DNA from: Amoebidium appalachense
Taxonomy: Eukaryota; Protista; Ichthyosporea
Length of the DNA stretch: 22,107 nt
Direction of reading: 5' to 3'
Assembly: GCA_963693365.1 (NCBI GenBank)
Contig: CAVNZM010000062.1
Location: forward strand, 1-22,107
The notes beneath the pieces are model-generated. The model ran no database searches. It was not told the DNA's origin and saw only the letters and a program-made list of their open reading frames with translations. Both the position numbers and the translations under genes were made by a program. This document shows positions 14,893 to 22,107 of the stretch, one piece after another (position 1 is the stretch's first letter; each line of letters starts with the position of its first letter).

Positions 14893-16203
14893 ATGGACCT
14901 GAGCCACCCGTCGGCACGCACGCTTATATACCTGCTGCTGGGGCTGCTGATTCTGGTCGTCCTAATTCGGGCGCTGACGCGCTCGGCCACCAAGCCTTCC
15001 GAAACGCACGATCCGGGGTCCACAGAGATCAACACCGGCTCCGCTCAGACCACCCCGAAAACGGAACCTGCCAAGCCGCCCCCGGCCACCGATACCACCT
15101 GGGAGGTGTTTGAGAACCAGGACCACGCAGGCGACGAGATTCGGCTCGTGAAGGACACCACCCTGGACGATCTCAAGACGGCCTGCGTGGCCGAACCCGC
15201 CTGCGTCGGCGTGAACTACTCCACGATGAACGGCTGGGGCAGCCCCGGCGGCGGCAGTCTCAAGCGGAAGGCCGACATCAACGATCGCAGCTTCCGTGGT
15301 TCCTTCCACGTGCTGCGCGCAAGGGTGGCGGCCGCCGAGCCCACACAGCCAGCCACACCAACCACACCGACCCCCACACAGCCAGCCACACCAACCACAC
15401 CGACCCCCACACAGCCAGCCACACCAACCACACCACCCACGCCGACCACGCCGCCAACACCCAACCAACCGCCCCCCGCAAACGATACCACATGGGAATC
15501 CTTCGAAGGGATTGAGCATGGGGGTGATGACATCAGGTTTGTGAGGGACACGAGCCTCGACGCGCTTAAGAAAATGTGCCTCGAAAACTCTGGTTGTGTG
15601 GGTGTAAACTACTCGACACAGATGGGTTGGGGTACTCCAGGGGGCGGCCACCTCAAATACATGGCCAACATCAACAACCGCAACTTCAACGGCTCGATGC
15701 ACTTCCTACGTAGCCGGGCCCCCAAGTGGGAGGACTTCACCAACGCAAGGCACACCGGAGACGACATCAAGTTTGTCAACAACATAACCCTTGAGAAGGC
15801 CAAGCAGGAGTGCGAGGCCACACCCAATTGCGTGGCGGTTACCTACTCGGCCAATGTGGGTACACCCGGCGGCGCCTGGCTCCACAGCAAGGCCGAAATC
15901 AGCACCCGCGACTTCAACGGCTCCTATCACATCCTGCGCGACCGCGCCCCGCCCTCCGCCGCAAAGTGGGAGGATCTCCAGGACGTCGGCCACAACGGCG
16001 ACGACATCCGGTTTGTCAGGGACATCACCGTGGAGAAGCTCAAGGACCTGTGCGTCGCCACGCCCAACTGCGTGAGCGTCAACTACTCAACCGCAGCCGG
16101 CAATCCCGGCGGCGGGTGGCTCCACAGCGGCGCCGACATCAACACCCGCACCTTCAAGGGCTCCTACCACATCCTGCGTGACAGGGCCCCCACGAGCACC
16201 TGA
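14893..16203 (+). CDS. Type II membrane-anchored protein with four PAN/apple-like domains and a Pro/Thr linker
   Basis: TM segment LIYLLLGLLILVVLI. Four ~76-aa repeats W-E-x-F/L...H-x-GD(D/E)I...C-x5-CV-x-V-x-YS...GGG...F-x-GS-x-H-x-LR start at 15100, 15493, 15727 and 15967. Confidence 0.85.
   Translation: MDLSHPSARTLIYLLLGLLILVVLIRALTRSATKPSETHDPGSTEINTGSAQTTPKTEPAKPPPATDTTWEVFENQDHAGDEIRLVKDTTLDDLKTACVAEPACVGVNYSTMNGWGSPGGGSLKRKADINDRSFRGSFHVLRARVAAAEPTQPATPTTPTPTQPATPTTPTPTQPATPTTPPTPTTPPTPNQPPPANDTTWESFEGIEHGGDDIRFVRDTSLDALKKMCLENSGCVGVNYSTQMGWGTPGGGHLKYMANINNRNFNGSMHFLRSRAPKWEDFTNARHTGDDIKFVNNITLEKAKQECEATPNCVAVTYSANVGTPGGAWLHSKAEISTRDFNGSYHILRDRAPPSAAKWEDLQDVGHNGDDIRFVRDITVEKLKDLCVATPNCVSVNYSTAAGNPGGGWLHSGADINTRTFKGSYHILRDRAPTST
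15340..15445 (+). repeat. 33-bp coding repeat x3 (PTQPATPTTPT)
   Basis: CCCACACAGCCAGCCACACCAACCACACC recurs at a 33-nt period. Confidence 0.9.
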
Positions 16204-16300
16204 GCACCCCCCCCCCCCCCCCCGACCGTGCCGACCACCACCACTGCCAGCCCACCGCTGCCGGGCAACCCGGACAAATAAACTCCCCCCTGTGTACGCA

Positions 16301-16693
16301 ATGCCCGTCCCCGCCCTCCCCGTGCTGCTCGCCTGCGCCCTGCTGACCACCGGGAGCCTCGCATACGCCCTCTACGTGCACCTGCATCCCCCCCAGCCCC
16401 CCCGCACCATCATCGACGACATCAACGAGTCCTATCTCACCCCGAACACCAAGCGCCGCCACCTCGAGGAGGCCCGCAGGTGGCTGCACCTGTACGAGGC
16501 CGCACGCACGCAGGAGGAGCACGACGCCGTCCGCGAGGTCATCCGCCACGCCCTGCTCGCCCAGGATGTCGACCACCAGAGGCGCGCGATGCTTGAGCGG
16601 GAGGAGGAGCAGAGCAAGGTGTATGCCGAGAACGAACGCCGGGCGATCTACCGCCAAGCAAAGCTGGATAAGCTGCTTGGCCGCAACCCCTGA
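16301..16693 (+). CDS. N-anchored/secreted helical protein, 130 aa
   Basis: MPVPALPVLLACALLTTGSLAYALYV followed by a charged helical region; high GC3. Confidence 0.75.
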   Translation: MPVPALPVLLACALLTTGSLAYALYVHLHPPQPPRTIIDDINESYLTPNTKRRHLEEARRWLHLYEAARTQEEHDAVREVIRHALLAQDVDHQRRAMLEREEEQSKVYAENERRAIYRQAKLDKLLGRNP

Positions 16694-16717
16694 TCCGCAT
16701 TTTGTGCCCTACCAACA

Positions 16718-16888
16718 ATGTCCAACACAAGCACGAACACCAGGCGCCGACGCTCCCACCGCTCTTCCAGGCGCCGCAGGACCCTGACCCCCTATGCGCG
16801 CGGGGGCGTTCTCCAGTTCGCCGGTTTCGACTGCAAGGCCGATGCGTGGCCGTGTGTGCCCCTGCTAACGGCTTTCGTCCCTGTGTAG
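16718..16888 (+). CDS. Arg/Ser-rich micro-protein, 56 aa (MSNTSTNTRRRRSHRSSRRRRTLTPYARGGVLQF...)
   Basis: Translated by hand: ATG 16718 to TAG 16886-16888. Tiles between neighbours, with CATTTTG 20 nt upstream. Confidence 0.62.
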   Translation: MSNTSTNTRRRRSHRSSRRRRTLTPYARGGVLQFAGFDCKADAWPCVPLLTAFVPV

Positions 16889-16915
16889 TGTACTATTTTA
16901 TTTTCCCGTCACCCA

Positions 16916-17308
16916 ATGGCCAAACGCACGTCCCCGGGCAAAGCCAAAACCAAGCCCGTCCAGAAGATTAAGCCTCGGAGGCGTCCCCTCTCGAAGCCAA
17001 AGGCGGCACCGCCCACCGCCACCGGCCGCTCGCGCAGCGCCTCGCGCTCCCGGGCACCACGCCGCACCCGCAGCCGTTCGGGGAGTCTGGTCGGACGGAG
17101 GCCCGGTGCCGATTGGCTGCAGCAGGGGACGCACCCGTCCACAGTCCCCGTCTTGTCCGCTTACACGCCGCCGGGTCCTGTGCCCGTCTTGTCCCGTTCC
17201 ACGCCGCCGGGTCCTGTGCCATTTATCCCAACTTCTTCCGCACTTTCCCGGCGTCAGCGCCTGGACTGGGTTCTTCCTTGCCCGCACCTTCTTCGAAGGG
17301 TGAATTGA
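16916..17308 (+). CDS. Basic Lys/Arg/Ser-rich protein (H1-tail/protamine-like N-half) with a 12-aa Pro-rich duplication
   Basis: MAKRTSPGKAKTKPVQKIKPRRRP...RSRSASRSR; 36-bp duplication at 17147-17218; TATTTTC 17 nt upstream. Confidence 0.62.
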   Translation: MAKRTSPGKAKTKPVQKIKPRRRPLSKPKAAPPTATGRSRSASRSRAPRRTRSRSGSLVGRRPGADWLQQGTHPSTVPVLSAYTPPGPVPVLSRSTPPGPVPFIPTSSALSRRQRLDWVLPCPHLLRRVN

Positions 17309-17454
17309 GGTCTTCATCTTCAATGTTAGAACTGGATTCTTTATTGCAAGCGCCAGCGTCGATGTTTGTCCCTCGCCAGTAGCACCCACGCAAATGCATC
17401 ACCGGAAAACCAGCCCGTGTAGCATTCACCGGCAACAAATTCGCCGGATGTAAC

Positions 17455-18177
17455 ATGAAGACCAGTAAAAAGCCAAAAACAAAGCATTCGCTCCCCGTGG
17501 CCACCGCCCGGACGCGCTCCAAATCCAACCGCTCATCCTCCAAGCACCGACACTCGCACGCCCGTGCTCGCTGCCCGCACGCGCGCTACAACTTCTGGCC
17601 CCGCCGGGCCCTGCACTGGCTCGCCACGCCCTGGGCCACGCTGGGCATGGCCGAATCCACCCCGCGCCACGGCAACACCGCACCCGGCCGCCTGCTGAGC
17701 GCGCTCCCCGGCACGTGGGTGTGGGTCAGGACCAACGAGAGTCTCCGTGTCTCCGACCCGGTCGCCTACAGGGCCGCCGGCGGGCAGGTGCTGCTCGCAC
17801 GCACGTTCGACCCGCACGCAGAGGTGCCCGGTGCGGACCTGCACGTGGGGGGCGTCGGGTACACCACACGGGCGTCGCTCGATGCGGCCCGAGGGGTGAG
17901 CCCCGGGATGGCCAACGGCTCGGGGTCGGTGTTTGCGAAGAGGCGCATCTCCGCAGCCACCAAGGTGGGCGACGGCGTGGCCGGCGTGGCGCTGCGACAG
18001 GGGCTGGCCGAGCCGGAGGTGCTCTCTGCGCTCAGGGAGCAGGCGCTCGCCCACAGGGACGGGCTGCTTGTTTATTGGGAGAGCAGCGGGGGCTACAGCA
18101 TCTACGAGCTGGGGGCGAGCCGGTTGAGCAGAGGCGGGGCGACCAAGAACGAGCTCTGGGAGCTTGTGGTGCGGTGA
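17455..18177 (+). CDS. Hypothetical protein with basic N-terminal tail, 240 aa
   Basis: Long ORF, high GC3, stop overlaps AATAAA (18177-18182). Confidence 0.72.
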   Translation: MKTSKKPKTKHSLPVATARTRSKSNRSSSKHRHSHARARCPHARYNFWPRRALHWLATPWATLGMAESTPRHGNTAPGRLLSALPGTWVWVRTNESLRVSDPVAYRAAGGQVLLARTFDPHAEVPGADLHVGGVGYTTRASLDAARGVSPGMANGSGSVFAKRRISAATKVGDGVAGVALRQGLAEPEVLSALREQALAHRDGLLVYWESSGGYSIYELGASRLSRGGATKNELWELVVR

Positions 18178-18280
18178 ATAAAGACAGTGTTTTCTTTCCG
18201 CCAGCAGTGAAAGAGCAATCTGTGATATTCCTGCTTGGTTTTTTAGCCTGTTTCGGGGGACAACCACCCAGGCCTCATGG

Positions 18281-19570
18281 CTAAGCCAGTTTCACGGTAT
18301 GCCAGCGTTCCTCTGCCGCAGCTTCGTTCCACTTGCGCATGACAAGCGAGAACATGTCATAGTTGTTCACCAGTGCTTCGCAGTCGCTAATTCGCATGGT
18401 CTTGGCGTGTGTGCGTGTGAGTGTCTTGAATGTAGCTTCCATCGCGAATGCCTCTGCTCTGTCCTTGCACGGCACAGCCAGCAGCACGTTGTTCAGAATG
18501 ACGCGGCGGTTTTTGTCGCGGCAGTAGCGACGCGCCATGCTCAGGCCTGTGCACCCAAACATGATGGTTGTGTCCAGGGAATCAACGAAGTAAAAACAGG
18601 GCCCCTTGCGCGCCGCTTCGGTCATGTGCTCGTTCAGCCCGCGCACCAGGTAGTAGCGCTCGTCCAGGTTCTTGTTGAGCAGCTGCGCCTCGCGGGCCTG
18701 TTCGTGCGCCAGGCGCCTTTCCTCCAGCTTTTGCTCGTGCTGTTGCTTGCTCTTCTCCATCTCCTGGGAGTGAGTTTGCTTGGACAGCTGCATCTCTGCA
18801 TGTATGGTTGTGCGCTTGGCCTCCTCTGCACGCTCTACCTCCTCTGCTCGTTGACGGGCTGCTAGTGCTTCTGGGTTGCTCACGATTGCAATTTCCTTTT
18901 GCATGTGCAGAATTCTTTCAAACTTTGCCAGTGCTTTCTCCACATCGTCCCCTTCTTTCTCTATCCAATACTCAAGCTCTGATGGCTTCCACTTCTTTAT
19001 TGCTTGTTCCTCACACTCTGCTGTGGCATTTCTCTTCGCACCGCGTTGCTGTTCACCCCTGAAACTTTCCCGCATGAATGCATTTGGCCCGTCGGGCTCG
19101 TTCTCCGCCTTTCTCGCGTTCTCCTTGACTTCCTCCGTGATGGTTTCATCCCCTCCTTCCACACGCGCTATTGTCGCTGCCCACTTGTCTACAATTCCAG
19201 TTCCAATTCTGGCACCAGATGCAATCTTGAACGTCAATTTGATTAGGTCTGTGGCAGCAACACACGGAGATGGGTGTCCCCCATTCCCAAAAGTACAAGT
19301 GGTCAAGTTGACCAAGTTGACCACTTGATCTGCTGTTATGTTTCGGCTGACAAACTTGGCTGCGGCTCTGCGATCACTGAGCCCCCTCACTAGCATCACA
19401 TAGTCCATCACGCTAGCCATGCGCACGCCGTCCACTGTGCATGTTCGTATGCTCTTTCCCGCTATCTCTATCACCCCCTTTTTCACGTGCGCCACCTCGT
19501 CTCCTGTGAATGCTGGTTCGTTGGCCAGGGTCTCGTAGGTGGGTGGTGTGTCTGTGATTGATGCAGCCAT
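18281..19570 (-). CDS. Bro-N-like DNA-binding domain + coiled coil + degenerate GIY-YIG/T5orf172-like domain
   Basis: IRT...ASVMDYV...TFGNGGHPSPCV...IARVEGGDETITEEVKEN resembles the N-terminal domain common in giant viruses. C-terminal FYFV...MFGCTG-x-S-xx-RR...AFAMEATFK. Confidence 0.75.
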   Translation of the reverse strand: MAASITDTPPTYETLANEPAFTGDEVAHVKKGVIEIAGKSIRTCTVDGVRMASVMDYVMLVRGLSDRRAAAKFVSRNITADQVVNLVNLTTCTFGNGGHPSPCVAATDLIKLTFKIASGARIGTGIVDKWAATIARVEGGDETITEEVKENARKAENEPDGPNAFMRESFRGEQQRGAKRNATAECEEQAIKKWKPSELEYWIEKEGDDVEKALAKFERILHMQKEIAIVSNPEALAARQRAEEVERAEEAKRTTIHAEMQLSKQTHSQEMEKSKQQHEQKLEERRLAHEQAREAQLLNKNLDERYYLVRGLNEHMTEAARKGPCFYFVDSLDTTIMFGCTGLSMARRYCRDKNRRVILNNVLLAVPCKDRAEAFAMEATFKTLTRTHAKTMRISDCEALVNNYDMFSLVMRKWNEAAAEERWHTVKLA

Positions 19571-19582
19571 GATGTGTGTCTA

Positions 19583-19608
19583 GAAAATGTGTGCACGCCC
19601 CTTTTATA
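19583..19608 (-). promoter_or_regulatory. TATA box (TATAAAAG) plus CATTTTC initiator-like element
   Basis: TATAAAAG at 19608-19601 and CATTTTC at 19589-19583, upstream of ATG 19570. Confidence 0.65.
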
Positions 19609-19907
19609 CCCTCCACACGCCCACCCCCCGCCCCCTTCCGCACCTGCACACGCACACGCACCCCACGCCCCCCACACGCACGGGCGCCGGCCGTGCCTTC
19701 CGCCGCACCTCGCGCACACACGCCTTCGGCCGCTTGCGCCGGCTGAGCACGAAGCGCAGGCGCGCCCCCGGGTCGGACTTCACCAGCGCCATGTGGGGGG
19801 GCGGGATTTTGTGGGTTAGGCAGTAGGATAACATGTATCTGTTTCAGGAACATAAGGAGACACCCCACCTCAACTTGAATACAAACGTTGTGCCAATAGA
19901 ATAAACA

Positions 19908-20726
19908 TTAGAATTGCAGGATTTTCTGCTTGCTTAGTTTGTAACATCCTACACGCCCTGAATCTGGCAGGGGATGGTGATCCGAAAATGTGCAGACCTT
20001 GGCCGTGTTGATGGTTGCAACTGGACCCAATATCTTCTTAACCACCATTCCAAAGGACCTGAGACTTGGTGCTTCGCTGTCACTGTATCTATGCCAATTT
20101 TGGTAAAGCTGATAGAGCCCGGTGGGTGTGAAGTACTGGTTCTCCGGACTGCAAGGCTTGCCATTCCTGTAAAATTCCAGACCTTCACAACTCTTCTTCT
20201 GTTTGACCAAGTCATGCAAAAACTGTGCCTCGTCACTCCGGCTGATTCCTTCAAGTATATCCTTGGTGTCGTTGGGGGGTGGTCGTGGCGTCGTTTCTGG
20301 TACATTCTCTTCATTCGTGAAGTGGTATATAGCGGAATGCACCTGTGGTTGCCGTTGCATTAATGCACCATCTGGGTTTCTTTGCGTGCTGGCTGGTTTG
20401 TTGAACATGAATAACAAGACATCTTCATCCACTGTTACTCGGATACCAAAGTGGTTCATGGTGGTAAACGCGGCCTGGTAAAGGGCAACAGATCCAAACC
20501 CAAAAAGGTGAACCCGTGGAGAGCGATTTGGGTAGAAGAGCTGATATGCCAACACCTGCCCAATAGCATCCTTCCAATGCACCACCCGTTTCACCTCAAT
20601 GACTTCTGTGTCCGTTAGGACATCAATCCTCCCATTTGGGGTAGAGATTTCTATCTCTCCATTTTCAGATGCAGCCAGTTTATCACGTATGACAGACTCT
20701 GATACATCGACCGTAACAGCTGACAT
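19908..20726 (-). CDS. PD-(D/E)XK nuclease-like domain + C-terminal winged-helix-like (D5-C/RFX-like) domain
   Basis: EISTPNGRIDVLTDTEVIEVK...WKDAIGQVLAYQLFYP...HLF; C-terminal LYQLYQNW...PSLRSFGMVVKKIL. ATG 20726 is preferred over the track start. Confidence 0.8.
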   Translation of the reverse strand: MSAVTVDVSESVIRDKLAASENGEIEISTPNGRIDVLTDTEVIEVKRVVHWKDAIGQVLAYQLFYPNRSPRVHLFGFGSVALYQAAFTTMNHFGIRVTVDEDVLLFMFNKPASTQRNPDGALMQRQPQVHSAIYHFTNEENVPETTPRPPPNDTKDILEGISRSDEAQFLHDLVKQKKSCEGLEFYRNGKPCSPENQYFTPTGLYQLYQNWHRYSDSEAPSLRSFGMVVKKILGPVATINTAKVCTFSDHHPLPDSGRVGCYKLSKQKILQF

Positions 20727-20977
20727 ATCGGAGATATAGTATGGGTGAGGAAAAAAAAAAAGACTTGCCTGGCACAGCACCTTTTTGTACCGGCCGAGGC
20801 TCAGTCTGTATGCATATACGTATACATTCTGGACAGAGCGGTTTATTGGGTGGATGTGCACGGCACACAATGTGTCTTTGACAACGAAGTACAGGATCTT
20901 TGTCTTAGAAGTGAAAAATAGACGTCCTCACTCGCAACACACACGCGCCCCGCAGTATTCCGAATCTCATCCACCAA

Positions 20978-21496
20978 TCATGTATCGCTCTGGTTTTCCG
21001 GGTACCCCATGTGACGATGCAACAAATGCTTGTCTCGGACATGATATTTAAGAGTCGCCTCGCCCTTATACGAGGAGAAGCATATTTTGCAAACAAATGG
21101 TCTTTTTTGCAGGTTCTCGGAATGTGTCCTCTGATGCGCCTTGAGCTGCGAGTAGTCTGTGAAGGTCTGGTGGCACTCATCCAGTTGGCACTCGAACGGT
21201 TGATCCCCTGAATGAACCCTCTCTCGCATATGTTGTCGTAGGCTGTATGGGTGGGAACAACGAAAACCACAGTTCTTGAAGGGGCAGGATAATGGCTTTT
21301 CACCTGTGTGAATTCTAATGTGAAAGTCAAGAGTGGACCTCTGTGTGCAGCGCTGGTCACAGCCAGGCCAGGGGCATTTATAGGGTTTCTCTCCGGTATG
21401 TGTTATCATATGCCGTGTGAGAAGGCTAGGATATCCAAACACTTTGCCACACCCTTTCCAGGTGCAAATCAAACCATTGCCGGGCATGTGCGCCAT
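20978..21496 (-). CDS. C2H2 zinc-finger protein, five fingers
   Basis: Four C-x4-C...H-x3/5-H fingers plus one C-x2-C finger. Linkers are TGEKPY, TGEKPL, SGDQPF and SENLQKRPF. Confidence 0.93.
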   Translation of the reverse strand: MAHMPGNGLICTWKGCGKVFGYPSLLTRHMITHTGEKPYKCPWPGCDQRCTQRSTLDFHIRIHTGEKPLSCPFKNCGFRCSHPYSLRQHMRERVHSGDQPFECQLDECHQTFTDYSQLKAHQRTHSENLQKRPFVCKICFSSYKGEATLKYHVRDKHLLHRHMGYPENQSDT

Positions 21497-21599
21497 ACAG
21501 GTAAAGACAACAAAAAAATGAAAATGACCGTAGCACGCCGTGTGGTAGTGTAGGAGGGTAGTAAGTTCCTACAAAGCAAAATGTAAAGTGGTATCCCAC

Positions 21600-21775
21600 A
21601 CCGGACCAGCCAATCAAAACAGCGGAATCCTCCCGACTTTTGCCGCTCAGACAGCAAATTAAGCTACTACATCCTCCTACATTACTACAACACACAAATA
21701 CACATACTACAACGGTGTGTGGTGCGCTCAGAACCAATGAGATTTGTAGGAAGGTGCGTGCTTATCCAATCATCA
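21600..21775. promoter_or_regulatory. CCAAT boxes upstream of the zinc-finger gene
   Basis: CCAATC at 21610, CCAATG at 21734, CCAATC at 21766. Confidence 0.45.
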
Positions 21776-21833
21776 TCGTCCTACGTAGTAGCTTTGTTGG
21801 AGCTTTGTAGGAGCTTTCGGCAAATGTGGGAGG

Positions 21834-22107
21834 TTAAAGGCGACTCTGAATCTTGATATACGATATCAAATAACATGAAATAACACCAGATGTGGCAGGA
21901 AGCCCCTCCCATGAAAAAACCTTTCCGCCTCTTGCATTCTTCAGGGGTCCCAAGACACGTTTAACTGCCATTCCAAACAGTCTTTGACTTGGCTTGCTTC
22001 CAGTGTGGCTAGCATTACGATCCCACCAGAGCTTATACAAGTCGAAGAGTGGTGTTGGTTGCACGAATGCTCCATCCGGGATGACAGGCATATTGTCGCA
22101 TCCATTC
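21834..22107 (-). CDS. 3' end of a gene entering from the right; winged-helix-like domain paralogous to the C-terminus of 19908..20726
   Basis: PTPLFDLYKLWW...PSQRLFGMAVKRVLGP...CYLIS aligns by eye with PTGLYQLYQNWH...PSLRSFGMVVKKILGP...CYKLS. Confidence 0.75.
   Translation of the reverse strand, partial: NGCDNMPVIPDGAFVQPTPLFDLYKLWWDRNASHTGSKPSQRLFGMAVKRVLGPLKNARGGKVFSWEGLPATSGVISCYLISYIKIQSRL

Noticed and set aside
13843-18284. Numerous overlapping ORFs in the GC-rich block
   Set aside because: High GC suppresses stops, and one coherent non-overlapping gene set already explains the region.
19604-19792. Small basic ORF MALVKSDPGARLRFVLSRRKRPK...
   Set aside because: The C-half is GT-repeat-derived and its stop lies in the TATA box of the next gene. 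It cannot be excluded but is unsupported.
1-22107. Bacterial/phage origin, tRNA/rRNA genes, transposase or integrase
   Set aside because: No consistent Shine-Dalgarno pattern and no recognisable RNA gene or transposase motifs. F-box, RING and C2H2 content is eukaryotic-type.

Overview
Gene-dense, apparently intron-poor eukaryotic-virus-type DNA, best read as part of a giant virus (Nucleocytoviricota) genome or an endogenised copy of one. Recognisable products are: an AEP primase/PrimPol with a C-terminal Zn ribbon; a nucleotidyltransferase fused to a one-zinc RING-like domain; two F-box proteins; a membrane-anchored protein with four PAN/apple-like domains; a Bro-N-like + GIY-YIG/T5orf172-like protein; a PD-(D/E)XK nuclease + winged-helix protein; a five-finger C2H2 protein; a long coiled-coil protein with 28-aa repeats; and several small membrane and basic proteins, including two Arg-rich micro-ORFs missing from the ORF track. 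The left ~1.1 kb is a stack of three tandem-repeat families (134-bp palindrome-bearing, ~42-bp, ~120-bp poly-G). Intergenic DNA carries Pol II-like signals: CCAATC clusters, a TATA box, a recurrent ATTTT motif about 20 nt before ATGs, and AATAAA. Several genes look frameshifted, from either decay or indel errors. All family calls come from motif recognition by eye, not database searches.
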